A DNA stretch of 64,000 nucleotides from Penicillus capitatus (lineage: Eukaryota; Plantae; Chlorophyta): NCBI GenBank assembly GCA_965649825.1, contig OZ287700.1, forward strand, positions 1,492,871-1,556,870, given 5' to 3'. The first letter of the stretch is position 1. Each line of letters begins with the position of its first letter. This document shows, piece by piece, positions 13,517 through 26,352 of this stretch. Position numbers and translations under genes: made by a program. Under the pieces are notes generated by a model. It was not told the DNA's origin and did not search any database. It was given only the letters and a program-made list of their open reading frames with translations.

Positions 13517-14297
13517 ATGAGAGTCCGCACCTTGCGCCTCTCATCTGCTGCGCGTCGCGGCCGTCAACGCCGCCTCGATCTTTCATGTCACGCTCGAACT
13601 GCTCGGCGTGCACCTCCACGTGTCCGCGTTGCGTTTCAGCTGCCCTACCGCACGCGCTTTGGCCAAAGTGTGACTCTCGTCGGTTCAGGCCCATTGGGCG
13701 CGTGGGATCCACGACGAGCCATTTCGATGACATGGACAAAAGGAGATATCTGGAAAGCAGACATCACAACGACAGACCTCGTGCCCGGTGACATCATCCA
13801 CGTACATTTCAACCACGAACCCTGTCTCTATGTATTCCTGTGATATTGTTCAGTATAAGTACGTCATCTGCAATGCCGATGGGGCGATCGAAGCATGGAA
13901 ACCGGGAGAAGATCTTAATCTACGCGTCCCATCTTCTCTTGAGAATGTGGATCAAGCCCAGCTGCACATCGTGGACACGTGGGATGGTGCCGTGCACGAA
14001 GTGGCCGTCGAGACGATCACTGACAAGAGCAGCGAAGAAAACAAGAGTGACAGTTCTCCAAAGCCATCGGCTGAGAGTTTCATGCTGTCAGCTTTAAAAA
14101 ATTCCTATCAAGATTTGGAAGTGAAGCTGAACGCCGCTCAGAGTCTGTTGGAAGTGACGACCGATCCAGGCGCAAAAGAGATGGTTCTGGCAGACAGAGA
14201 GCTGGCAATTGCAGCGAACAAAGCTTCGGCACTGACCAAAGTCGTCGAGGCAGCTTCGCAAGAAGCAGAGATCCAGCAACAGAAACGTGGCTGCTGA
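13517..14297 (+). CDS. plastid-targeted CBM20 starch-binding protein with short helical C-terminus and no catalytic domain
   Basis: R/S-rich transit peptide, then VAFQLPYRTRFGQSVTLVGSGPLGAWDPRRAISMTWTKGDIWKA..|YKYV..EAWKPGEDLNL, the CBM20 consensus. One intron about 13802-13852. Confidence 0.85.
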
Positions 14298-14430
14298 GAT
14301 GATCATCTCGACCCTTTCGCACTAGAGTAGAAAATCACACAAGGGATTGTATTGTTTGGTGGTCCCTGGTCCCATCGTTGCACAATCGAGTGCGATCGGT
14401 CCAGGGCGGGGGACTGGGAAATGGGCGTTA

Positions 14431-16081
14431 CTAAAGCATCTGGTGCAGTTGCTCCAGTACTTTGTCAACAACGTGCTGTAATCTAGACAGACGGTTCTCC
14501 GAATCGGGCTCCTGTGCCAGAGAGGCATCGATGTGTTGCCGTATCTTGCATAGACGTGTCTTCATGGCTTCTAGCGCTTTGCGTTCGAGGACGCCAGAAA
14601 TGGATGACTGTTCGGCTTGGTCTCGGACCAGGAGAAAGAGGTAGAGATTGAGGACGGCGCTGTATAGTTCTGCCCGTTCAATCACATCAGTCATGTTCTC
14701 CTTTTCCCTCAGCATCTTCTTCACGAGATCAAAAACATGAGGAGAGGCAAAAACGGATTTCATAGAATGTGTATTCCGGGCAGATACGACAGAATGTCGC
14801 AGTTGTTGAACCACGAGGGCAGCAATGTCAGAGAAGGGAACAAAAACCAATTCTTTGAAAAGCTGCCATCGTATGTCTTCTGTGCAGCTCTGTATCAGCA
14901 GAGATAATCGATCAGCTGCTTGGGCTTTGATCACGCCAAGAGGATGCAGTTGCATATGATTGACAAGCTTCAGGCAGAGTTCCTTCAGATCATCGACATC
15001 TGACAAGGGATGTTTCTCGACGGCGGCAGGAATCATGCATAACCCTGCCAGAATGCATGGAGCTTGTGAAGCAGAGCTGTCAGCTGTCAACAGCATCTGG
15101 ACAACAGAGAGATCACTATCTGTAAACAGTCGGGGAATGGTCGAGTATTGATGGGCTGCCCATTGAAGCATGCCACATCCTAATCTCAATTCTTGCTGTG
15201 TTTCGGAGACATCCTCCTCGTCTTCTTCAGAACGATTCCAGACCTCTGCCATGTGAGAGACGCTTTCTTGGATCGGACGTTGCGGAAAGGGCAGTGCTCT
15301 CAAGAGCGATCCGAGTTTTGTCGTCACTTCCTGCTCCATGCTTTTTCCTCCCTCTGCACAATTCTGCTGCAGGATGATCATCACAGACAACAAGCAGCTC
15401 AACGAGAGCACCACGAAAGCCATGGTCTCTTCAGAGACGACCTCGCCGCTTTCGTCGCCCTGCAACTCTCTGCCTGTTTGCAAGAAGGCGCAAATGGACG
15501 GTTCGCATTCGGACGTAGACAAATCTTCACAGTCTTCCAACAATCTCTTCGCGGCTTTGTGTATCAACTGCAGGGCGATGGAAACAAATCGCTCACGTTT
15601 TCTTTGAATCCTCTGGATGCACATAGGCAGCATTCTTAGGCTGCTTTCAAGGACGGATAGCATTTCATCGACACTGCTCCTCTCCAAAAGCAACGACAGA
15701 CCATCTGTCCATCCTACAGCAGCCGAACGTTATGTCCATCGGGACCTTCCTTGGTTGAATCTTACCTGTGAAGACCTCTCTCGCTGGGCCGTTCTGCGAC
15801 ATGATCTCCAGAATGGCGACGCTCAGATCGTGGCAACGTTGGGAGAGCGTCCCGCATACGAGACAAGGAGTGTAGAGATACAGTGTTGTCTGCTCTAACA
15901 GTTCTTCGATTCCTGGAGTGTCTTTGCGAAAGACCTCCTCCAGAGCCTCCAAAAGAGGCCGTGCCTTTTCCTCCTCGCTCTTTTCGTAGCAATCCATGAG
16001 CTCACACTGCAATATCTGAGCATTTTCGACGAGAACATCCCCCTGTCCGATAGAACGCATAAGTGTGACCATCCAATTCAT
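14431..16081 (-). CDS. glomulin / ALF4 / Ybp-like helical protein
   Basis: GPAREVF/..LLE junction resembles GLMN NPKE..LLE. DIRWQLFKELV..FSDIAALVVQQLR and DVIERAELYSAVLNLYLFLLVRD resemble the GLMN C-terminal motifs (from recall, not searched). Confidence 0.7.
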
Positions 16082-16362
16082 GACGCCAGATTTGCTCGGC
16101 TGTGCCGTGTGACAAACACAAGGTCAGTTCCAGGTGTCGCGCAGAATGCATTGACGGTGTCGTACAATCGGTTGTCGCGAAGGACCGCCGCGGCGAGACG
16201 ATGGCGCTCTCGGCACAGTTTCCGCGACGTCTCCTCTCTGCTTGCGCTTCGATCCGTTGGCTCCAGAACATAACATCAACGACGCGTCCACCGACGGTCA
16301 ACGAAGAGTGAGAGCTCTCTCCTCTGCCGCTGTCCTTCTAGTTATGTCAGCAGGGATCGGAA

Positions 16363-17141
16363 ATGGACAGAGGGAAATGGATCTTCCCTGCCAACGTTCA
16401 TGCGGTTGTTCTTTCCGTCGCCACCCACTTCGCCTTCAAAAGTGCAAGCAAGCTTTGGAGGGGAATGTGCTCTTCATTGGCATCTCGTGCCGGACAGAGA
16501 TCGACGATTTGGGAGACTCTCCGATCCCGGATGCTACAAGGAGACGTGATCGCGCTGAACAAGACCCCGCCGCCACCCGTTGTGCAGCCACCATGTCTCT
16601 TACATAACAGCGCTGCGAGATTTAGGAATGGCGCTTTCCGGCTGTCCATGTCCTGGAACGTCCAGTTGTCACAGACAGTGATATCTACGGAAGCATCTTT
16701 GCCATTACCATCAATCAGATTCTGCGAAAGAGAACAGGAAGAAAGCGGAAGCGCATTCCGAAGAAGCTCAAAAAATCGGCACTGGGCAACAGTCCACAGA
16801 GACGCGGCGTTGTGCTGCGTGTCTACACCACGACACCAAAGAAACCCAACTCGGCATTGCGAAAAGTGGCAAAGATTCGGGTAACGACAGGATACGAAAT
16901 CGTCGCACACATCCCGGGCGAAGGACACAATCTCCAAGAACACGGTGTCGTCCTCATTCGCGGTCCAATCTCATCTCACTCAAACCTTCCTTCTCACACT
17001 TTTCTTTCAGGCGGTCGCGTCAAAGATCTGCCTGGTGTGAAGTATCGTGTGGTCCGTGGCGCTATGGATCTGCAAGGCGTGGTAAATCGCAAGACTGCTC
17101 GATCGAAGTATGGCACACCGAGATCGGACAAATCCAAATGA
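16363..17141 (+). CDS. rps12: nucleus-encoded organellar (probably mitochondrial) ribosomal protein S12 with N-terminal presequence
   Basis: [48 protein letters not shown]|[16 protein letters not shown]. Spliceosomal intron about 16963-17010, plus a frame-shifting intron needed in the presequence. Confidence 0.93.
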
Positions 17142-17466
17142 TGTGACGTGCGGAGACGACGTTGTACGACACCTTGGAGATTGTAAGCCATGCATCCTAG
17201 TGATTGAGAGACCTCCTTGTCGTTTCTCTGCAGCCGGCAATCTATAAACGGCACCGCGATCTTGGCAACTGTTCGCGATTCCTCTGAAGTTCACTATGCG
17301 CCGAACGCGTTCGGTAAGTCGAATCGCATGCCTTCCCAGCTGCGTGTCGCTTCGTTGCCGTACGCGAACGTCTTCTTCGGCTTTTCACTTCTGTCACTGT
17401 CTTGCGTGTTCTGCGCGTGTTCTGCATGAGAAGCGGCCAAATCGCCATGTGAATGCGTGTACAGCC

Positions 17467-20400
17467 ATGATGATTTCGGGACGTTATCTTTCTTCGACAA
17501 CATCTGTACATGCGTTTTCGTCGGACGTATCGCGCCAAGGGCTAGATAAAAGGAGTCACTCTGCTACGCAGTTGACAGATGTGACGGAATGTGGAGATGA
17601 AGATACGAAGATCGTCATCGGCATCTGCGCCATGGACAAGAAGGCATACCATCTCGACGGCGATATCGTTTATGATATGCACAACTAGGCACTGTCGAAT
17701 CCAATGAGTGAGATTCTTAAGCGACTGACCGTTCATGGAGAATTTACGATCCGCATCTTTGGAGATGAGGTGCTGCCGAAGTGTGAGATAACATCTCGAC
17801 GGTTTCGTTTTGATTTGTGCAGATGATTCTGAATCACCCGGTTGAGGAATGGCCGATGTGTGACTGCCTGTTCTCTTGGCATTCAAAGGGATTCCCGCTG
17901 AGCAAAGCTGAAAAATACGTCGCGATGCGACAGCCGTTTGTCATCAATGACGTCAACAAACAGAAAGTTCTCAGAGATCGTCGCAAAGTTTACGCTATGC
18001 TCAGAGTACAGTCAGTAGCTCCGATCGGAAAGTGAGATGAATGGACACTGCAGGACGCCGGAATACAAATTCCAGTTCATATCACTGTCAGTCGAGATGA
18101 CTTGCCGCCTGGTTTGCACTTCTCTAGTGAGAAGACCATCAAGGCGTCTGTCATTCAGGAACGGATCCAGAAGGCTTTGTGGAGACGGTGGATTATGTGG
18201 AGATGCATGGTGTGCGGATTCATAAGCCGTTTGTAGAGAAGCCTGTCAGCGGTGACAATCACAACATCAACATCTACTACCCGCAACAGAAGGCATCGTG
18301 TCTACGTGATGATTTCTTGGTGAAAAGACTGATGGGACTGCTCTTAGGGAGGAGGCGTGAAATGCCTGTTTCGTAAACTGAATAACCGTTCAGCAGAGTA
18401 CCTGCCAAATCATCCAGGAAATGTCCGCCGTGATGGATCGTTTATTTATGAGGAGTTTTTAACAACGGGCGGGACAGATGTCAAAGTCTACACGGTGTGT
18501 GTGTCTTCAGAGATGGATCCAGTTTCCTATCCGCTTCCTTCCAGGTCGGTCCCCGTTATGCCCATGCAGAAGCGAGAAAATCGCCAGTGGTGGATGGGGT
18601 CGTCCAGCGAACACCTGAAGGCAAGGAAGTGCGTTTTCCTGTTGTCCTGGACAAACAAGAGAAAGAGGTCAGACACCCGTGTCACACAAATCACGCTGGT
18701 CACTCTTTATGGGACAGATTGCCAGGGCAGTGACATTTGCCTTTGGCCAGAAAGTATGTGGTTTTGATTTGCTGCGTTCGGAGAAGGGTCCGTTCGTTTG
18801 CGATGTCAATGGGTGGAGCTTCGTCAAGAGTTCTTATAAATACTATGAAGATGCCGCGGAGATTCTAAGAATGGCGATTCTGCATCGTCTTGCGCCCCAC
18901 AAGGTCTCTATGCACCACAAAATCCATTTCGCCAGGATGGCAGACTGTCCCAGCTCTCCCGAAATACAAATGACACGAGATAACACATCTTTTGATGACC
19001 TCGATGAGCTGAGCAATAAGAGTCAGCATTTTGCTGAGAAAATCTCAAGCCTGGATGACTGGCTGGGTGCATCTGTCTTAGATGGTGACGATGTCCGTAA
19101 CTGGGAAGAATTGCGTTGTGTTCTGATGGTGGCCCGACATGGAGACCGAACGCCCAAGCAGAAAATGAAGATGGTGGTTTGCGAAGTATACTGCTTTGCA
19201 GATGCGGCTTTGGATCCTATGACGGCATCTAGGCACCCTTTTTGGGACTCTTTGAAAAATACAAGGACGAAAAGGGGAGTCAGGCAACACTGAAGGCCCC
19301 TGCTCAACTTCAAGAGCTGCTCGATGTCACGCGTACACTCTTGAAAGACAAGAATGCCTCACAGAGACATCGATCCTCCGCGAATGCTGCGAGCCGATTC
19401 TCAAAAGGCGAAGTGAAAAGCGAAGTCTCGGATTCTGAGAAAGAGGCAAAGGACGTGGTGGATGTATGTCGTCATCAATGTATCGATCTCAATGCTCGTG
19501 GCATTTGTTTGTGTTATACCAATAGGAGGAGTATAGGGAGAAGCTACGCATCATTGTTAGCGTACTGGAAGCTGGTGCGAAGCTATCGAGGCAGTTGGGC
19601 GTGTACCTAACTCGATATCGTTGATGCTACATAGGTGGTCATTTCTCAGGGATCAATCGGAAAGTGCAACTCAAGCCTGTGAAATGGACGCTTCCAGAAC
19701 AGGGCTCTTCAGAAGCATCTCGCGCCAAAGAAGTGCAAAAGCTACCCGATAGTGGCGTCCAATATGCGTCCGTGCTCAAAGGTGCTGTTGATCATGAAAC
19801 ACGGAGGCACCTTGACTCATGCCGGAAGACAGCAGGCCGAGAACTTCGGTCGACAGTTTCGCACAACGATGTACCCGGGGCACGGCGTCTCTGTGATTCA
19901 CGAGTATGATCACGGCTGTTTGTGTTGTTACAGTGTGGGAATGTCAGAGGGCAGAACAAGTGGTCTATTGCGTTTGCATAGCACCTATCGACACGACCTC
20001 AAGATTTACTCCAGTGATGAAGGCCGCGTCCAGACATCGGCCGCCGCCTTTGCCAAAGGTCTCCTGGATTTAGAAGCCATATCCTTGACACCGATCCTCG
20101 TCAGTCTCGTTCAAAAAGTGTGACATACATGGTATAAGGGCCGATCGAGTCGCTGGTGCAGGACACAGGGATGTTAGATTCGTTCGATAAAGGAGCATCG
20201 GAAGATATCCACCAATCCAAAATCGAACTCTACGACCGAATCACCTGGAACAAAGAGAAGCAATGCTCCATGCAATCCCTCGGACGTCGACCGCTTACCT
20301 CGATCTCTGAATGCGTCGGTTGATTTGTTGTTGTCTTTCCAGGAAGTATCACTGTTCCGACGCCGCCGTCTTCTCCTTCCAGGAGTCTGGCAGAACGGAT

Positions 20401-22031
20401 AGCTGCCGGGACTGCCGATCCATCTGGCGGCTCCGGGAATTTCGACGCCGCTGAGCAGTCGCTTTCAAAAAGTAAATCCGGATCGTCGAAAAACGAACGG
20501 TGATGATCATCATCGTATCCAGAAGAGGTGACGAGTCAGGAAGAGGAGAACGAAGATGAGCTGCCACTGATTCCAGAGAATTGTCTGGATCTTCTTTACA
20601 AGCTCGTTCAGCTCATCCAGAATCTCCTCGATCAGCTCTATCCTTTGTGCCTCAAAGAGAAATCCGACAGTCAGGAGCATGCCAAACGTGCCTATAGCTC
20701 CTTATCACAGGATCCCAGTGAATGGGAAGAACCCAATGCGAACACGCCATGCACTGGCATATCTCATTTGCCTTCGATAGGGATTGCAGGAGAGACTGAC
20801 TTAGGTGAGAGGCTGTTGCTGATGTACGATCGATGGCGGAAACTGTCAAGATCTTTTTACAGCACCAAGAAAGATCGTTTTGACATCAGCAAAGTACCGG
20901 ATATCTATGACTCGGCAAAATACGATGCCATCCACAACGCACATCTGAATTTGGATCTTGAAGTGCGTGCCTGGGTGTACAGAAAAGAGATCGATGCAGT
21001 GACACGTGTTCCTGGCAGGAGCTTTACAATACAGCTCGTATTCTAGGCAATTTGGTGATACCCAATGAGTACGGCATCGATCCGGACAGTAAATTTCGAA
21101 TCGGCGTTGGAATCTGCTCGCATCTCTTAGGTACAGCAACAGCAGCACTCTATGCCCTGCCTGAGGTGCTCCCTCTTCGGCCATGTCTATACAGGTAAGC
21201 TGCTGGTGGATATGGCCAATACTCGAGAAGAGAGCGTTGTAGCTTCCAAGATTATCAACCAGTCCAACCGTACAGTCTCTCTCGACCTCTTGCTACGATG
21301 CCATCTTTGCATCATAGGGCAGAGAGATTGGAGAACATCGCATTACAATATGGATTTTGGAGATGCCGGTTTCTTCGATGATTTCTATCTGAAAGCCAAT
21401 CAATCTGTCGATGAGAGTGTTCTGAAGCAGAGCGCCGCCGGCGAAGGGACAGAAGGCAGTTCGCGATCGTCTGAATCGCCCAAAGAGAGTGGCCATCGAC
21501 TCTGTCCCACTTATGCCATGAACATCAACTCTCCGATGCGCCATGTCCATACACGGATTTACTTTACTTCCGAGTCCCACATTCATGCCCTCATGAATGT
21601 GCTTAAGTACTGCAGAAGCAAGAATGCGGATGGCACAGAGGGGGGTTCCATCAAGATCGACAGTCACATCATGGACAACGCAGAGTATGACTACCTGTCA
21701 CATCTCGTTTTCCGTCTCTATGAGAACCCTCAAGTACAGCATCCCAGAAACATCCTGTCCATCCTCTGCATTTCTTGCCCTTCAGTTGGCCATCGACGAT
21801 GAGAAGCGTTTCCGAGTGGAGATTCTTTTCAGTCCAGGAGCTGCCTACAATCCGTTCGAGCAGCGAAAAGATGACAAGCACTGGTTACATGTTCTGCCGA
21901 TCCAACCGCGCCTCATGCTGCATTGCGAAGAGGGATTGACACTGAAGATGCTGGAAGACATGTTGCAGCCTTTCTCAACTCCTCGTAAAATTTCAAAGCC
22001 TTTTGCATGGCTGACACAACCACAATCATAG
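17467..22031 (+). CDS. VIP1: inositol hexakisphosphate/diphosphoinositol-pentakisphosphate kinase (ATP-grasp kinase plus histidine-phosphatase domain), many exons
   Basis: [132 protein letters not shown]. Confidence 0.97.
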
Positions 22032-22121
22032 GAACAACAACTCTTATGTCTATGTATATATCATAAAACATGTGTCCAGCGGCGCACATCCCTCTGTCCA
22101 TCATGTGACTGAGGACACGAT

Positions 22122-24099
22122 CTACGGCGGACGAATAGCCTTTATCCTGTTCATGGTATTGGCTCTGGCCTCATCGATCTTGCCCTGGAGGTAACTCTTT
22201 TTGGCATCGAGATGAACGCGCTTCTCCCATTCCCCTTCTTCGATGCGCAGGACTTCGTAGCCCATGACTTCCAGCAAACGGACTTTCCAGCGGTAACGTC
22301 CTGTTGTTTGTGCGAGCGGTTTTCTGAAGCTTCGCACAAAGGAGATGCCTTCAACGGCATACTTGAAATTATCATCCAGGTCCAGAATGCAGGTATTGAT
22401 CAGTCCCTGTTCCAGAAAGCGGCCCTGACATTTGTGCCCCATCCGTTCCATGACCACCAACGCAGCAGCCACCCACAAAGGCAGTGGAGATGTGGTTTGC
22501 CGAACGCACCAAATGGCTTTCCATCTCTGCTCGATCTCAACAGGCAGAACGGTAAACTCAGGATCTCGAATCTTAAAGGCCTTGATGTGGAGAATGCCTT
22601 GATAGAACTGCCGAATGTCTTCGTCTCTCAGGGTCTCCAGTCCGATCCGTTGCAAACGGCTGAACATCAGATCCAGCAAACCCGGAGTCAGAATCGGATT
22701 GTCCATAATCACCAGCGCCCAGATGAAATTACAGATATCTTGAGCGGCGAAGATGATGGGCTCGACATCAAGAACCTCTCTCAGTCGTAGACTCAGCTTC
22801 ATCCTTCTCGGTGATCGATAGCCGAAGTCGGCCAATGCCACCAAGATCATGCAGTGATCCCTGACTTGTTCAATGGAGCGAGGCGGTTGAGCAAAGCCGG
22901 GACACTCTTCAAGGAGACGACCGATCTGCTCGTCTGTGGGACGGATGAACAGCTGAGAGAGACTCCACAGTACAACAGCAAGAGACTGACTGTGACATTC
23001 CTTGCTCCCCAGAATCTCGACGATGCTCTCGATGATCGATTCGTTCTCTATGTAATGAAAGGCGGCTAAGGACCACAGAATGACTGCCATCTGTTGCGGC
23101 GTGAACTCATCGATCATTCCTTCGGCCCGTCTCAGCAGCCTGAACAGAAAATTCTGTCGGTCTATGTAGTGCAGCATGGCCAGTCCCCATATGGTATTGC
23201 TGAGTTCCTGTGGACTGAAATGATGCAGCATCACTTTCGCCTGCGCGACCAGAACAGGCAGAAATGGTCGGCAATTCCGGTTCTCTAGGTATGCCAGTCC
23301 CAATAGAATGTTCGAAACATTGCGAGGCCAGAATTCGTGGATCCTCTGCACGCCATGCTCAACCAATTGGTGCAAGAGTGGTTCCCATGCTGTCCACGCC
23401 GAATTGGAGGAGGACATCTGAAGGCGCATCTTTCCCAGAGCCCATACGACATTGCTGACGTGTCTTGGCTTCAGCACAGACACATGCACCTCGACGACAT
23501 CGAGTAATTCCCTCAGAAGCAGTTCGTGCGTGGCGCCTGGATGCATTCCGACGTCCTTTGCCATGGAGCCCATTCTGTGCAACATCGTCACTACGTTCAC
23601 ATGATTCACGTCATGACGATGTCGGAGCAAGACGTCCTGAAAACGATCCAGCGCCACGAGGAACTGGTACTTGTTCAGGAGTCCCTTGGGAGATGCCTCT
23701 CGGGCTTGCTGACTGATGTCAATGATCTCCTGATTGATGGCGCTCTGCTCACTCAGGCCAGTTCCCCGCATCTCTGTGGAAAACCACCGAACCAGATGAC
23801 CGTCCTGCGGTCCATGCAGCGACTCATACGCCGCTTGACGCAATCACGGCCGAACGCACTTCGCAGAAACGGCGCAGATCGTTGAGCTCGGCGAGATCGC
23901 TGAGTTTGCCCTGGAGGAAGACGCTGTAGGGATTGGGTGGTGTCCGATGCATCCATTCTTTCAGCTGACGTCTCAACAGGCGCGCGATCCAGTAGATCTG
24001 AACAGACCACGGCGGCGTCCTTGCTGCAATCGATGCCTTTACAGATCCTCCGAGCGAAGAGACGGCATACCATCTCCTCAGTAGAGCGAGCATCCACAT
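22122..24099 (-). CDS. second RAP-domain / OPR-like organellar RNA-binding protein
   Basis: Repeats LKPRHVSNVVWALGKM, FWPRNVSNILLGLAYL, FSPQELSNTIWGLAML, FTPQQMAVILWSLAAF and a C-terminal RAP segment (YAVEG..TTGRYRWKVRLLEVMGYEVLRIEEGEW). A targeting-like exon MWMLALLRRWYAVSS.. (ORF 23824-24099) joins in phase 0 via a gtgcgt..ccgcag intron (FCE|DGHL). Confidence 0.85.
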
Positions 24100-24125
24100 T
24101 CCGCCTTGATGTCACCATTAACGCC

Positions 24126-24870
24126 ATGTTCGCGATCGGCACACCGTGTAGACGTCCTGTGGCGCGAGGCCACTGGCGTCGCCCTTCGAGACGGGTCGTC
24201 CGCCTGCGGGCCGAGAACCTGAAAGGTGTTCTGCAGAGAGGTGCGACGGGAGAATTGTCTGCGTTGCTCGGTTGAGATGTGGGTGGATGAAGGAGACTTC
24301 GACCCCGATCCTGCTTACGTGGAGGGCGGAGACTTTCTCAGAAGCATCGGGATGCGAAACCAGGCAGAGATCAGTCGGATACTGGACGTGGCGATGAATC
24401 CAGATTCCCTCTTTCTCCCTCCAGTCCAACGCCGCCGATCGACGGCCGGCGTTCGATCATCCCCGCTCTATCTGCGATGCGTCATCTCTGTCCTCCAGGC
24501 GCGGAGACTGAGCGTCGAGGACGACATGAAGCCGGTCGTGGATTACCTCCGTGGCCTGGGCATCGAAGACGATCAAATCATCAAGGCATGACATGGGATG
24601 GATTGACATGCGTGGTACGGTTCGTGTCTGTGGCTTTAGATGATCGAGCAGGTTCCCTATTTGCTGGGGTACAGTCCTGAGGAGCGCATTCGCCCCGTTT
24701 TGGACTATCTCAGCTCCGTCGGTATTGAAGACCCTGCCCAGATCATCGCCAAACGACCGTCTCTCTTGGGATTGGACGTCGATCGGAATCTCAGGAAGAT
24801 GGTGGATTACCTGAAATCCAATGATTACGAAATGGATCAGATCGTGAAATGGTTAGAGACATCTCTTTAA
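24126..24870 (+). CDS. small plastid-targeted mTERF-like protein
   Basis: Transit peptide MFAIGTPCRRPVARGHWRRPSRRVVRLRA. mTERF repeats LSVEDDMKPVVDYLRGLGI..|MIEQVPYLLGYSPEERIRPVLDYLSSVGI..KRPSLLGLDV..LRKMVDYL. Confidence 0.85.
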
Positions 24871-24990
24871 AAACACCAATTCCACTTTTTATCGACAGAC
24901 TGTCAGCGCATCAGAGATCGAACAGAATTCAAAAGTGACTGTCATCCCACATCTGCAGTTTGATAGTCAAATGACCAATCTCTGTCCTCT

Positions 24991-26155
24991 TCACTTTGTT
25001 TTCTGTTTGCGTTTCAGAACGTGTTTGCGCAAGAAGAAATTGCCGAACAAAATGAATAGGGTTTGCATATAGACAAAGAGAAGCTTTGCCAGAAATCTAC
25101 ACACATATCACACTCAGTTTTCAGAAAGAGTGAGATGACACAGACATTGGGAAATCTGCAATGAAGAGGTAGCAGTAGATAGCTTGAACCATCATCGACA
25201 CGAATTGCCCCATCTGAAGGAGTGTCATATACTTACCCCACCACAAGTACTTTGCACGCTTCTTAGGGTCCTTTCCGATCAGCAAAGCAAGTAGATAGTA
25301 GGTGTACATCAAGATATGCACAAAGGAATTCAGAGCACATGTGTAGTACGCTACAAACATACAGCATTCTGCACCTCGCTCGATGACGCAGAGCACCTAC
25401 TGTCTCCACCGGGGACCGAATAGACGAGAAACCACCTAAGTAGCACATCTCTGTTCCCGTAGACAGCAGTGAGATGACAGTGGGCTGGACCAGACAAGTG
25501 AAATGGATACGTGATGGTAGACGTGGAGGAAAGACACTTGATGGATGTTGCCCTTCATTAGCATAATGAACTAACACATTACGGGCTCAGTACTGTACTG
25601 GCACGAGGGCGAGCATTCCATTCACACCGTATCGTTGAATTCGTAGATTTTGGAGAGGTAGAAGATATAGAGCATCTTGGCCAGTCCCGTATCTTCCGGA
25701 TTGTAAAGGTTTCCCCAGAACGTATAGCCATATCTCATTGACATCACACAAATGAGAATGCTGTTGAGGTCGCTCGCATTCTACTTTCTGGCCTGATAGA
25801 CCGTTCCGATGAACATGAAGGTCGAGAGACCAACAAGGAAGATGTTGTGAAAAAGCATGAAGAATCTGAGCCAGGAAGGATCCTTCTTCTTTATCTCTAT
25901 ATTCTCTTTTGTCTTATCCACTCCAAGCGATCTCCGACAGAAGGTCGAGAAGATGATGACGAGGTAAGCCAGAATCGTCGTCAATAACACCGTCGGTGTT
26001 TTGACGAGTGGCAAGTCTTTCGTCAGAACAGAGGGCGTGCGTATCTCTTTCCATCCGGCCGCGTCGATAAGGTCCAGGACGATTTGAGTGACCAGAGTGT
26101 CCCATCTGGACCACAGAGATGGTGATGTTGGTATAGGCCCGGATGTGTCTGTCAT
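24991..26155 (-). CDS. ELO-family fatty-acid elongase (PUFA-elongase-like)
   Basis: [37 protein letters not shown]. Last exon reads [34 protein letters not shown] (di-lysine ER signal). An alternative upstream ATG lies at 26248. Confidence 0.93.
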
Positions 26156-26352
26156 GGGGAACGGCGGCAGCAGCAGAGGTGCAATGAGACACAAAAGGCC
26201 GTCGCTGCCGGTAACGCTCGTGGCAATGAAATACATCGAAGCATCCATTACATTTATGTAAGGGATGTTGAGTCATGTCAACGACAGGCACCACAGAGTG
26301 ACGGACTACCACTATCATGACGGAAGATCTCAAATGCGTGCAGAAACGGATG

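Noticed and set aside
24125-24128. Two opposite start codons sharing one CATG palindrome (ORF 23753-24142 versus mTERF)
   Set aside because: A better RAP model uses ORF 23824-24099 with a clean phase-0 intron, so the CATG overlap is probably coincidental.
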